Positions 1-9,672 of a DNA stretch of 64,000 nucleotides are shown piece by piece (the stretch's first letter is position 1; every line of letters begins with the position of its first letter). The notes under the pieces are model-generated. The model worked only from the letters and a program-made list of their open reading frames with translations. It was not told where the DNA came from and did not search any database. The position numbers and the translations under genes are program-made. The DNA lies in the NCBI GenBank assembly GCA_963666515.2, contig OY762897.2, forward strand, positions 3,680,001-3,744,000, read 5' to 3'. Origin of the DNA: Candidatus Binatia bacterium. Its GTDB lineage: Bacteria; Desulfobacterota; Binatia; UBA9968; JAJDTQ01.

Positions 1-91
1 CCATGCTCGAAGACCTGGCCCGCGCTTCTGCGAATCGGCGCTCCTGAACGACCCGAACTTGGCGTCGCGTCCCACCTGATTCTTGACAATC

Positions 92-2281
92 TCAGGGGTT
101 CTCTGCGCTCTCGAGGGCGGCGTCATCGACGCCCAGCGATTCGAGCACGGGACCGAAATACCCCGCGAAGGTGCCCGCGACGGAACCGTCGACGATCAGG
201 CGCTGGTCAGCGCCGCAATGGATAACGAGGGCGTCCGCCAGGGGGCGTGACAGACGGCTGAACCGGACCTCTTCTTTCAGGTAGGTCCTCGTCTCGCCGT
301 CGTCGAGCGAGAGTTCCTCCTTCGGAACTTCCCCTACAACGACGCGGTCATCGAACAGGAGCACCCAGCGCGCCCGCCCGTTGCCGGACGACGCGTCGAA
401 CACCGCGAAGGCCCCGTTCCGGCCGTCGGAAGCGGCGATGAGGCCTGCCGGCGCAGGGAGTTCCTGCTCGCCGATCTGCCGCAGCACAGCCGGCGCTGAC
501 CCTGGCGGGACGGTCGACAACGTCCCGTGCTTCAGGCGATCACGGAGCCGCGATTCTACCGCCTTCAGGTATCGTGACCACAGCGCAGTGACCTGCTTGC
601 GCTCCGGGAGCAGCACCGAAGCATTGAGCAGCACGATATGGTCGTGCTCCACCGGCCAGTCGGCCGCGGCCTTCGTCGCCAGAATGTCGACAAAGGATGC
701 CATCAGTGGTTCGGCAAGAGAGTCTCCGACCAGATCCCGCGGGGGCTCGATCAAGTGTTGCTCACTTTCCGCAACGCGGTCGGATTCGAGGTCGCCATCG
801 TCGAAGGCGACCGGCATGGCCTTCTCCAACAGCACGCGGTTCACGCCGGCATCGCCGATACGCTTGCGCGCCGCTACGGCGAACGCGCTGCCTTCGATCA
901 CCTGCCGCGCTTCCCCGATGTCGAGTCGACACCAGTCGCGGGCAAGCATCGCTAGCTGAATGAATCCCTCCTCGATGCGTATCTCCTCGCGGCTGCCGGC
1001 ATCGATCAGATCGATCCGCAGACCCATCGACAGCCCCTTCTCCATGTCCTCGATCGCCTTGCTGGCCTTCGGCTCATTCAATCCACGCATGTCCCGCAGG
1101 ACCGCGCCGAGACACTCGGCGATCGCCTGGCGTTGCGCGGGGCGCAAGGACGCGAAGTCGACGGGCGGCGTCAGCGTGGAGTCCGGTTCACCGTCGTCGG
1201 CAAGTGCGCGCAGCAGTGCCAACTTGGCGAACTCGTCCGGAATCTGTGCGCGCAGAATGCGGTCCAGCAGGAGCTTGCGGTTGTGGTCGACGCCCGGAAC
1301 CAGCTTGTGAATGCGAAGCGCCTCGACGAGCCCCAGCCAGTCGGCGCTTCGATACGTGCGGCCCGGATCGTATGTGCGCGCCACATGCAGATAGACCAGT
1401 GCTACGGAACCTTCCAGCAGTTCCTTCAGCCAGACCTCCGCGTACCTCTTGGCGACGTGTTTGCCCACCCGGGTAAATGCCTCCCCGGCGAGAGTCGACG
1501 CTACCAGTGTGACCGGGTTCGCACCGAGAGCAATGCGAGCAAGCAGCGTCGCGCCGCGTACATAGTGCTGATAGGGCGTATACTTCCGGTAAAGATTACG
1601 CACCTTCTGCACCTGCTCGAGCCGCGTCACGATTTCCCTCACGGTCAGACCCGTGACGTTGACCACCGGCACCTGCCGCGCCACTTGCAGGAGGTCGCCG
1701 ATGGCAGACCGAGCGGCAAGCGCGATGTCGCCGATGCGCGCGTCGAGTTCCGCCTTCTCGGCATCCTGCCCGTACAGACGGGCGACTTCCTCCACAACGC
1801 TGCGGATTTCCTCGAAAATAGCCCGGCCGTCGAGACCGCCGATCTCCCCGTGTCTTTGCCTCACATAGCGCCGGTCGCGGATACCATCCCAGACGCGGTC
1901 GCAGCGGGCTTGGATCATTCTCCCGAGCCGTGCATCCAGCTCCGACAGCGCCGTGTCCGTTTCGGAGCCGTGCGACCGCTGGAGCGCGCTCCAGGCCTGC
2001 TCCACCGGCGACACGCCCTCGGTGCGCCAGCGCTTCTCGACCTCTCTCAGATCGCGCTCACGCAGTTCGTCGATGTGCTGCTCGATCTCCATGACAAGCC
2101 TTCCGTCAACGGCAGCGGATCGCACGAGGCCCGCGGCGAAACCGAGCGCACCGGCGCCGAGCAGGATGAGCGCGATCCCCACTTCTACCGAGAGCAGGAA
2201 AAGGAGAGCGACCCCGGCGACGGTGACGCCGCATCCTGCGACCAACCAGCCGATGGACGCGCTCATTCGGATCAGCCGCAT
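92..2281 (-). CDS. Hypothetical membrane-anchored protein (~729 aa)
   Basis: 3' part of track ORF 92..2761. The plausible start is ATG at 2281 (MRLIRMSASIG) or 2266, just after the stop of the upstream oxidoreductase. Two N-terminal hydrophobic helices are followed by a long, apparently helical soluble region. Confidence 0.7.
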   Translation of the reverse strand: MRLIRMSASIGWLVAGCGVTVAGVALLFLLSVEVGIALILLGAGALGFAAGLVRSAAVDGRLVMEIEQHIDELRERDLREVEKRWRTEGVSPVEQAWSALQRSHGSETDTALSELDARLGRMIQARCDRVWDGIRDRRYVRQRHGEIGGLDGRAIFEEIRSVVEEVARLYGQDAEKAELDARIGDIALAARSAIGDLLQVARQVPVVNVTGLTVREIVTRLEQVQKVRNLYRKYTPYQHYVRGATLLARIALGANPVTLVASTLAGEAFTRVGKHVAKRYAEVWLKELLEGSVALVYLHVARTYDPGRTYRSADWLGLVEALRIHKLVPGVDHNRKLLLDRILRAQIPDEFAKLALLRALADDGEPDSTLTPPVDFASLRPAQRQAIAECLGAVLRDMRGLNEPKASKAIEDMEKGLSMGLRIDLIDAGSREEIRIEEGFIQLAMLARDWCRLDIGEARQVIEGSAFAVAARKRIGDAGVNRVLLEKAMPVAFDDGDLESDRVAESEQHLIEPPRDLVGDSLAEPLMASFVDILATKAAADWPVEHDHIVLLNASVLLPERKQVTALWSRYLKAVESRLRDRLKHGTLSTVPPGSAPAVLRQIGEQELPAPAGLIAASDGRNGAFAVFDASSGNGRARWVLLFDDRVVVGEVPKEELSLDDGETRTYLKEEVRFSRLSRPLADALVIHCGADQRLIVDGSVAGTFAGYFGPVLESLGVDDAALESAENP

Positions 2282-2307
2282 TCGACTACTCGGACGGGCC
2301 TCCAGCC

Positions 2308-3402
2308 CTACAACTCCACGGCCCGCCCCTGCTCCGACGACTCCGTGATGGCGTCGACCAGCCGGTGCAGGTCCACGGCGGTGTTGAAATCCGGCTCGCA
2401 AGCGGTGCCGTTGCGGATGGCGTCGGCGAACCTCACGTACATTTCTCCGACGTTCCTCGGCTCCTTCACCGGGGTCTCCGCCGGCGCCTTTGTGTATTCG
2501 GGCGGCACCGGAAGGTCCTGGAGACCGGAATCTCCTGCCCTGGTTCCCCGTAGACGGACCACCTCGAGCTGCGGCGTGTTGTCCGACGTGGCCACCAGAG
2601 TCCCCTCGCGGCCATATATCTCCATGCCGTATCCGTAGGCTTTCCAAGGTATGGCTGCCACATAGACCGAGGCTACCGCGCCGCTGGCCAACCGCCCGCT
2701 CACCAGGATGTTGTCCGGAGAAGTGACGTCCACGTAGCGTTGTGTGTCGGTCTCCAGCCACTGCCGTGCCTGGGTGCTCACCACCGCGGATACGGAGCTG
2801 AAATCACCCACGATGAACCGTAGCGCGTCGATGGTGTGGCCGTGGGCGATGGTCAAGGCGTTGGCGCCCAGGGACGCGTCCTTTTGCCAGCTCCGGTCCG
2901 AAGGCCAGTTGAGTATGCCGCCCCGGGCCACGCTCACGTGGCACGCCATGACCTCGCCCACGTAGCCGTCCGCCACCAGGTCCCTGGCGTAGACGATGGC
3001 GGGGTTGCCCCTGGCCTGCAGACCCACCATGTGCCCGAGGTCCTTGGCCTCGGCCAAATCACGCATCTCCACGGCCTCGGCCCTGGTCTTTCCCAGCGGC
3101 CACTCGGTGAAGACGTGCTTGCCGGCGTTGAGGGCGTCCATGGTCACCTGGTAGTGGGCCGGAACCCGCAGCACCACCGCCACGGCTTCGATGTCGGGTG
3201 AGGCCAACATCTCGCGGTAGTCATGGAACGCCATCCCGGCGCCATACTTCGCGGCCGATTCCTCGGCGCTCTCCTTGCGGGTGGTGCATACGGCCGTCAA
3301 CTCCACGTCCTGGCTCGCAACGATGGCCGGAAGGTGGCCTCTCGGACCCCATCCGCGGGTGGGGTTGGCGCCGATCACACCGAGTCTGATCTTTTCTGCC
3401 AT
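2308..3402 (-). CDS. Gfo/Idh/MocA family NAD(P)-dependent oxidoreductase
   Basis: N-terminal Rossmann IRLGVIGA, AGKHVFTEWPLG (EKP-like motif), HTIDAL motif, 364 aa. Confidence 0.92.
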   Translation of the reverse strand: MAEKIRLGVIGANPTRGWGPRGHLPAIVASQDVELTAVCTTRKESAEESAAKYGAGMAFHDYREMLASPDIEAVAVVLRVPAHYQVTMDALNAGKHVFTEWPLGKTRAEAVEMRDLAEAKDLGHMVGLQARGNPAIVYARDLVADGYVGEVMACHVSVARGGILNWPSDRSWQKDASLGANALTIAHGHTIDALRFIVGDFSSVSAVVSTQARQWLETDTQRYVDVTSPDNILVSGRLASGAVASVYVAAIPWKAYGYGMEIYGREGTLVATSDNTPQLEVVRLRGTRAGDSGLQDLPVPPEYTKAPAETPVKEPRNVGEMYVRFADAIRNGTACEPDFNTAVDLHRLVDAITESSEQGRAVEL

Positions 3403-3465
3403 GTTCTTCCTTTCCCGTTAAAACGGCATGTTACAAGCGTAATCCACAGTCCAATAACCGACCCT

Positions 3466-5508
3466 TTAATCTTCGAGCAGCGGCCTGAGCCCCTCCCAGT
3501 CCGTCACCGGCGGAGCGCAGGTGAAGTTCCGGCACACGTACACCGTGGGCTTGCCCCCGACCTGCGATTTGCCCTCCAGCAGCGGGGATATCTCCTCCAG
3601 CCTGGCGTCCGGGCTGACCCACTGAAACGTCTTGTTGGGCAGGTAGCTGTCCTGCACCTGCTGCACGACCCCGCGCGCATCGGCGTCCTCCTTCCCCGCC
3701 ACCATGACGATCTCCGCCGGCATGGACAGGTGGAAGTCCAGGGCTCCGAGCATGGTGGCGAGGCCGAAGGGCTCCTTGGCCATGGCGTCGTAGTGAAGCC
3801 GCAGGACCTTCTCCGCCCGCTCCAGCAGGTCCTGCTCTCCCGTGTAGTGGTGGAGCCGCAGGAGCACCGAGGCCGCCACCGAGTTGCCCGACGGGATGGA
3901 GTGGTCGAAGCCGGGCTTGGTGCGGCTGATGAGCTGCTCGTGGGACTTGCCGGTGTAGAAGAACCCGCCGTTCTCCTGGTCCCAGAACTCGTCCACCATG
4001 GTCCGCGCCAGGGCCTTGGACCGTTCCAGCAGCTCGGCGTCGAAGGTCGCCTCGAACAGGTCCAGCAGGCCGGCGATGAGGAAGGCGTAGTCGTCCAGGT
4101 AGCCCAGCAGCTTGGCCTGCCCGTCCTTGTAGGTGTGCAGCAGCAGCCCGTTGTCGAACATGCGCGTGAAGATGAAATCCACGGTCCTGGCGCCGGCCTC
4201 CCGGATGCGGGCGTCGCCGGTGATGGCGTAGCCGGCGGCCATCCCCGACAGTATCAGGCCGTTCCAGGAGACGATAACCTTCTCGTCGCGGAAGGGCTTG
4301 ACCCGTTTCTCGCGCTCCTCGAAAAGGCGTGCCCTGGAATCGGCCAGCACCGCTTCGATTTCGGTCTGCTCTTTTTTGAAGTACTTGGCCGCCTGCTCGA
4401 CGGTCAGAATCGGGTGCAGGATGTTCTTGCCCTCGAAGTTGCCGAGATCGGAGACGTCGTAGACCCGGCAGAAGATCTCGCCGTGCTCCTTGCCGAGGAG
4501 TTCCAGCACTTCCTCACGGGTCCACACGAAGAACTTGCCTTCCTCGCCCTCGCTGTCCGCATCCTGGGCGGAGTAGAAACCGCCTTCGGGCTGGCACATC
4601 TCCCGCAGCGCGTATTCCAGGGTCTCCACGACGATGCGCTTGAAGAATTCGTCCTTGGTGATGCGGTATGCCTCGGCGTAGACCTGCGCGAGCTGGCCGT
4701 TGTCGTAGAGCATCTTCTCGAAGTGGGGGACGAGCCACTTGTCGTCCACCGAGTAGCGGTGGAAACCGCCGCCGAGCTGGTCGTACATGCCTCCCTCGGC
4801 CATCTTGCGAAGCGTCTCGGTGATCATCTCCAGGTAGCGCCGGTTGCCCGACAGCCGGTAGGAGCGCAGGAACAGGTTGAACACCCCGGCGTTGGGGAAC
4901 TTGGGCGCCCGGCCGAAGCCGCCGTGGGTGGCGTCGTAGGCCGGCGTGAGGCCCTCCGCCCCTCGGGTGACCACCTCCACGCTCAGTTCCTGCCCGGTCT
5001 CGCTGAGCACGCTCATGCGGTCCAGCGCGGCCACGAGCTGGTCGACGTTCCTGGCTACGTCCTGGGGCTTGTTGCGGTACGCCTCCACCACCGCCTTCAG
5101 CACCCTCGGAAAACCCGGCATGCCGTGCCGGTCCTCGGGCGGGTAGTAGGTGCCGCCGAAGAAGGGCTTGCCCTCGGGGGTCAGGAACACGGTCATGGGC
5201 CAGCCGCCCCGCTTGGTGAGCATCTGCACCGCGTTCATGTAGATCTCGTCCAGGTCCGGCCGCTCCTCCCGGTCCACCTTGATGCTGACGAAGTTCTCGT
5301 TCATCAGCGCGGCGATGGCGTCGTTCTCGAAGGACTCGTGCTCCATCACGTGGCACCAGTGGCAGGCCGAGTAGCCGATGCTCAGGAGGATCGGCTTGTC
5401 CTCCGTCCGGGCCTTGGCGAAGGCTTCGTCTCCCCAGGGAAACCAGTCCACCGGGTTGCCGGCGTGTTGAAGCAGATACGGGCTCGTCTCGTTGGCCAGG
5501 CGGTTCAT
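3466..5508 (-). CDS. Thioredoxin domain-containing protein, YyaL/SPATA20 (DUF255 plus six-hairpin glycosidase-like)
   Basis: [59 protein letters not shown] signature motifs. Confidence 0.95.
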   Translation of the reverse strand: MNRLANETSPYLLQHAGNPVDWFPWGDEAFAKARTEDKPILLSIGYSACHWCHVMEHESFENDAIAALMNENFVSIKVDREERPDLDEIYMNAVQMLTKRGGWPMTVFLTPEGKPFFGGTYYPPEDRHGMPGFPRVLKAVVEAYRNKPQDVARNVDQLVAALDRMSVLSETGQELSVEVVTRGAEGLTPAYDATHGGFGRAPKFPNAGVFNLFLRSYRLSGNRRYLEMITETLRKMAEGGMYDQLGGGFHRYSVDDKWLVPHFEKMLYDNGQLAQVYAEAYRITKDEFFKRIVVETLEYALREMCQPEGGFYSAQDADSEGEEGKFFVWTREEVLELLGKEHGEIFCRVYDVSDLGNFEGKNILHPILTVEQAAKYFKKEQTEIEAVLADSRARLFEEREKRVKPFRDEKVIVSWNGLILSGMAAGYAITGDARIREAGARTVDFIFTRMFDNGLLLHTYKDGQAKLLGYLDDYAFLIAGLLDLFEATFDAELLERSKALARTMVDEFWDQENGGFFYTGKSHEQLISRTKPGFDHSIPSGNSVAASVLLRLHHYTGEQDLLERAEKVLRLHYDAMAKEPFGLATMLGALDFHLSMPAEIVMVAGKEDADARGVVQQVQDSYLPNKTFQWVSPDARLEEISPLLEGKSQVGGKPTVYVCRNFTCAPPVTDWEGLRPLLED

Positions 5509-5539
5509 CGGCAGGTTCTCCTATCGCGCTTCTTCAACA

Positions 5540-5899
5540 TCAGTACTTCCGCACCACCGCGACCACCACGCCGCGGACCTCCGTTTCTTCCTCCGCGGCC
5601 ACGATGGGGGCGAGCTGCTCGTCGGCGGACCGCAGCACCACTCTCCCGTCCCTACGGTGGTACTGCCTGACCGCGGGCTCGCCACGGACCAGCGCTACCA
5701 CGGTGTCGCCGTCTCGCGCCGCGGGCGTCGACCGCGCCAGGATGAGATCGCCGTCGCGAAGCTGCTCCGCGGCCATGGAATCGCCGCGGACTCGCAGGGC
5801 GAACGTGCCGGGGCTTCGCAGCAGCTCCTTGGGCGCGCCGGGCACATCGTCCATCTCGACCGGCTCGAGCACGCGCCTTTCACTCTTGGTGACGGTCAC
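5540..5899 (-). CDS. Stand-alone LexA/UmuD-type S24 peptidase C-terminal domain, catalytically degenerate
   Basis: FALRVRGDSM...DGDLI...ARDGDTVVALV...VRGVVVAVVRKY matches the LexA C-terminal domain. No HTH, no Ala-Gly site, and AVRQY where TVKR is expected. Confidence 0.8.
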   Translation of the reverse strand: MTVTKSERRVLEPVEMDDVPGAPKELLRSPGTFALRVRGDSMAAEQLRDGDLILARSTPAARDGDTVVALVRGEPAVRQYHRRDGRVVLRSADEQLAPIVAAEEETEVRGVVVAVVRKY

Positions 5900-5926
5900 C
5901 GGATCATCCCGGCGTCCTCCAGCCTA

Positions 5927-6229
5927 TCAGCCTTCGGAATCCATGGCACCCTTGGCGACGTCGACCATGGCCTGGGCCTTGAGGGCATTGACGTCGCCGG
6001 CGCCGTAGAACTTCCCGAGGTAGGCCGCCACCTTGCGCAACACCTCGTGATGCGCGGCGGCGCACGCGGCGCGCGCATCGGACGACAGCTCGTTGAACTC
6101 CCGCTCGATGTTGCCGAGCCAGCCCGGCAGGTACTCCGTCTCGATGTCCTGGCCGGTATAGAGGTACCCCTCCAGGGAGCCCACTCTTGCCGCCAAGCCG
6201 TAGACCCGCCTGATGTCGGATGCATCCAT
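5927..6229 (-). CDS. Hypothetical protein (100 aa)
   Basis: ORF with AGGAGG RBS upstream and host-like codon usage, tightly packed between mltG and the S24 gene. Confidence 0.75.
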   Translation of the reverse strand: MDASDIRRVYGLAARVGSLEGYLYTGQDIETEYLPGWLGNIEREFNELSSDARAACAAAHHEVLRKVAAYLGKFYGAGDVNALKAQAMVDVAKGAMDSEG

Positions 6230-6250
6230 GATCGCGTCCTCCTGTTCCGT

Positions 6251-7261
6251 TCATCGGTTCTTCTGATATTTCCGCACCGCGGCGTTGTGGTCCCGCAGGC
6301 TCTTGGAGAAGTGGTGGCGGCCGTCGTTCCTGGACACGAAGTACAGGTACTCGACATCGGCCGGGTAGAGCGCCGCCTTCATGGCGACCAGGCCCGGATT
6401 GGCGATGGGGCCTGGAGGCAACCCCTTGATGGTGTAGGTGTTGTAGGGGCCGGGTGTCCGCAGGTGCTCGCGGGTCAGGTCGCCGTTGAAATCCTCCAGC
6501 CCGTAGATGACCGTCGGATCGCTCTGTAGCCGCATGCCCCGCTTCAAGCGGTTGTGGAACACCGCGGAAACCAGCGGCATCTCCGCAACCGGGCCGCCTT
6601 CCTTCTCGATGATGGAGGCCAGGGTCACCAGCTCGTGCCGGGTCAGGCCGAGTTCCTTCGCGCGCGCCGCCATCTCGGGAGTGAAGGTGTCCTTGAACTC
6701 GGCGAACATCGTCCTGACGATCTCTTCCTCCGTAGCCAGCGCGCGGAAGTGATAGGTGGTGGGGAAGAGATAGCCCTCCATACTGTCGAGCCCCAACGGG
6801 GAAAGGATGGCGGGGTCGGTCACGGCCGCGGCGAACCTCTCCGGCGTGACCAGTCCTTCCCGTTCGAGACGGCCGCCGATCTGCCGGACCGTAAAACCCT
6901 CGGGAAAGGTGACCTTGTGGACCACGGTCCGGCCGTGGACGAGACTGTCGAGCACCGACCTGGGCGACACCGCCCCCTCGAAGCGGTAGAGGCCGCGCCG
7001 CACCTTCGTATCCAGCCCGCGAAGCCGGGCCCATAGCACGAACAGGCGCGGCCGGGAGACGACCCCCTTTTCGCCAAGCTCGCGGGCCACGGCCGCAAAC
7101 GTGTCGCCGCGCCGCACCTCGATCTCCGCAACCGATGACTGGCCGTGGTACGGCGTCAGGAGAAAAGCGGCCACGTAACCGATGACCGAGAGAGAGGCGA
7201 GCAGAAGGATACCGCCGGCAACGAGGAGGGCGCGACGATTGGAAAGCGGAGAGTCGGGCAC
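6251..7261 (-). CDS. mltG: Endolytic transglycosylase MltG (YceG family)
   Basis: N-terminal TM helix, VTFPEG, EGYLFPTTY, LASIIEKE, MRLQSDPTVIYG, PYNTY..GLPPGPIANPG. GTG start at 7261 inferred (alternative ATG 7294). Confidence 0.95.
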   Translation of the reverse strand: MPDSPLSNRRALLVAGGILLLASLSVIGYVAAFLLTPYHGQSSVAEIEVRRGDTFAAVARELGEKGVVSRPRLFVLWARLRGLDTKVRRGLYRFEGAVSPRSVLDSLVHGRTVVHKVTFPEGFTVRQIGGRLEREGLVTPERFAAAVTDPAILSPLGLDSMEGYLFPTTYHFRALATEEEIVRTMFAEFKDTFTPEMAARAKELGLTRHELVTLASIIEKEGGPVAEMPLVSAVFHNRLKRGMRLQSDPTVIYGLEDFNGDLTREHLRTPGPYNTYTIKGLPPGPIANPGLVAMKAALYPADVEYLYFVSRNDGRHHFSKSLRDHNAAVRKYQKNR

Positions 7262-7263
7262 CG

Positions 7264-7833
7264 TCAGTTGTCGGTTACGTTCACCTTCATCCATCCTTCG
7301 ATCTGCTTCAGAAAGCCGGAGAATGGATCCCTTTTCGGCGAATCCGCAAAGTAGGCCTTGTGCATGTAGTCGAGCGCCCCGGAGAGGTACTCGAACTGCT
7401 CCGACAGCTCCTGGAAGAGCAGGAAACCGGTCCGGTAAAGCGACAGGTCCACTTCCGACACCTTCCAGTAGGACCGGCTGCCCTCCTGAAGATAGTAGTC
7501 CAGGTAGCCGCCGCGCTCCACGTAGGATCGGAAGAACCCGCTCATGAACAAGGTGTAGTCTCCCAGGTACTTGCGCATCCGCCGTTCCTGCATGAGCGGG
7601 TTCTCGCGCGAAACCGTTGCCTCGTCCGCCACCAGCATCTCCACCACGCTGTCGAGCCGCTGGTTTCGGCGCGAGCGCACACGATACAGCCGGTCGCTGC
7701 GGGCGAACTCCGTCAGCACGTCCGCCACGTAGCCCGTCACCTCCGCGTCCCGTATCCCCAGCTCGCCGAAGCATCGCTGGGTCATGTTCAGGAAGAACCC
7801 CTGCAACCGGTCTCTCGAAAGGATCTTTGACAT
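7264..7833 (-). CDS. Conserved hypothetical protein (189 aa)
   Basis: ATG at 7833 (MSKILSRD). The pattern YVADVLTEF...LGDYTLFMSGFF...DYYLQEGSRSY...LFQELSEQF recalls a widespread uncharacterised family. Confidence 0.8.
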   Translation of the reverse strand: MSKILSRDRLQGFFLNMTQRCFGELGIRDAEVTGYVADVLTEFARSDRLYRVRSRRNQRLDSVVEMLVADEATVSRENPLMQERRMRKYLGDYTLFMSGFFRSYVERGGYLDYYLQEGSRSYWKVSEVDLSLYRTGFLLFQELSEQFEYLSGALDYMHKAYFADSPKRDPFSGFLKQIEGWMKVNVTDN

Positions 7834-8024
7834 GGCATCACCGTGGCTGCGTATGCCATCAGGAAACGGCGGGGATGTCAAATTGTTTCGCGCGGAGACG
7901 GGTCGGCTGCCGAAGCCATGCCGCTCCTTGCCCTTCATCCCGGCCCACCGGCCCCGCCGGACACGGCTTGACACCGCCGGCCCATGCCCCGTAATCTGCC
8001 AGGATTCGTTTCGGGAGCACTTCG

Positions 8025-8807
8025 GTGAAGATCTACAAGGCGCTCACCATCGCGGGCTCGGATTCGGGGGCCGGAGCCGGCCTCCAGGCGGACCTCAAGA
8101 CCTTCGCGGCGCTGGGAGTCTACGGCACGTCGGTGGTCACCGCCATCACCGCGCAGAACACCACCGGCGTGACGCGGGTCCTGGAAACGCCGGCGCCCAT
8201 GGTCGCCGCCCAGATCGACGCCGTCATGGACGACATCGGCGCCGACGCGGTCAAGACCGGCATGCTCGCCAACGCCCGCATCATCCGAACCGTGGCCGAC
8301 AAGATCCGGGAACACGGCATCCGGCGGCTGGTGGTGGACCCGGTGATGGTGGCCAAGGGAGGCCACGTGCTTCTCCGCCCGGACGCCGTCCGGACGCTGC
8401 GTACCCGCCTGCTCCCGCTGGCTGCCGTGGTCACGCCCAACCTCCCCGAGGCGCAGGCGCTGACCGGCGTGGAAGGGAACGGTGTGCGCGCCATCCGCGA
8501 GATGGCCAGGCGCATCGTGGGTCTGGGGGCGGCAAGCGTCGTGGTGAAGGGCGGGCATCGAAGGGGAGCCGCCACCGACATCCTCTACGACGGCGCGGCC
8601 TTCCACGAATATCCGGCCCCGCGGATACGGACGAAGAATACCCATGGCACCGGCTGCACGTACTCCGCCGCCCTGGCCTGCGGCCTGGCACGGAACCGCT
8701 CCGTGGAAGCCGCGGCGGCCGAAGCCAAGGCGTTCATCACCCAAGCCATCCGGCAGGCGTACTCCATCGGGGCCGGGCACAGCCCGGTGAATCATTTCCA
8801 CGGATAG
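8025..8807 (+). CDS. thiD: Hydroxymethylpyrimidine/phosphomethylpyrimidine kinase
   Basis: ALTIAGSDSGAGAGLQADLKTF, VVDPVMVAKGG, VTPNLPEA, NTHGTGCTYSAA. Confidence 0.96.
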   Translation: MKIYKALTIAGSDSGAGAGLQADLKTFAALGVYGTSVVTAITAQNTTGVTRVLETPAPMVAAQIDAVMDDIGADAVKTGMLANARIIRTVADKIREHGIRRLVVDPVMVAKGGHVLLRPDAVRTLRTRLLPLAAVVTPNLPEAQALTGVEGNGVRAIREMARRIVGLGAASVVVKGGHRRGAATDILYDGAAFHEYPAPRIRTKNTHGTGCTYSAALACGLARNRSVEAAAAEAKAFITQAIRQAYSIGAGHSPVNHFHG

Positions 8808-8903
8808 ACTGCGCGCCCGGGAAGCGAGGCGCCGTGTAGACTCCGCGACGGCGTTGCTCGCCGGCATGCAATTGAAGTTTTTGGCTGAGACGGCGGTCTG
8901 AAG

Positions 8904-9631
8904 TCAGCCGCGGACGGCGATGATGTACCCTTCGGCGTGGTCTCCGATGACCTCGCAGCGGGACTGGCCCCAGGTGTGGAAATAGAATGCCATGTACGCG
9001 CAAAGCACCGCGTCCAGCCGGTCCTCCAGGGACTTGAGGGCGGAGCCGCGTAGCGCGCGCGGGTCTTCGTGGAGCAGGCGGGACAGCTCCGGCGACGGCA
9101 GCAGGGGAGGGTCCTGGCGGGTCAGGTAGGTCTCGATGGCAGCCTGGAACTCCGACAACCCGGCCTGCCGGACCGAAACCGGGCCTTTCTTGTACTTGAT
9201 GATGCGCGGCCGCTCGAAGAACGCCACTTGCACCAGGTGGGGAAAGATTTCGAGCTGGCGCCGGCCGCTGCGGCCGGGCAGGAACGGGTTCGACGAGAAA
9301 CCCCGGCGCCGGAGCTTGCGGCACAGCCGCACCGGCCGCTCACAGCGGACCCGGTTGGCCGGGTAGGCTCCCGCGTGGTAGCGGCTGAACCGGGCCGAGA
9401 CCATCTTGTCCGCCGGCCGTGACGTCCCGGGCGGGTTCCTGGCGATGATGGCGCGTCGATGCCCAGCCACACGTCGTCTCCGCCACGGGCCTCCACCCAC
9501 TCCACGATCTCATCATCCGTGATCAGCCGGTCCGATCGCACGAGGCGGCAGCCGGCGCCGTCCGACACCAGATGGGCCAGTCCGGTGGGATTGCGGTTGC
9601 CCCAGGCCAGGTCGATGCCGATGAAGTCCAT
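8904..9631 (-). pseudogene. DUF429 family (RNase H-like fold) protein with a 1-nt frameshift
   Basis: The N-half FIGIDLAW..NPTG...GIDAP (ORF 9122..9631) continues in another frame as IIARNPPG.SRPAD...EIFPH...KYKKG...EDRLDAVLCAY (ORF 8904..9500). One base is missing at about 9450 (GCG CC ATC ATC). Confidence 0.85.
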
Positions 9632-9672
9632 GGCCGGGATACGCGTCGGCTACAGGGCAGCCGCCGCCGCGA

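Noticed and set aside
1-90. Start of a further minus-strand gene at the window edge
   Set aside because: Too short to support; no recognisable motif.
2282-2761. N-terminal 160 aa of the 889-aa track ORF
   Set aside because: Alternative-frame overlap with the Gfo/Idh/MocA gene; low-complexity Arg/Gly text.
3223-5670. 815-aa plus-strand ORF
   Set aside because: Antisense shadow of the yyaL-like gene; typical of high-GC codon bias, no motifs.
7840-8024. TPP riboswitch upstream of thiD
   Set aside because: No CTGAGA or other TPP aptamer core visible; only divergent promoter-like boxes.
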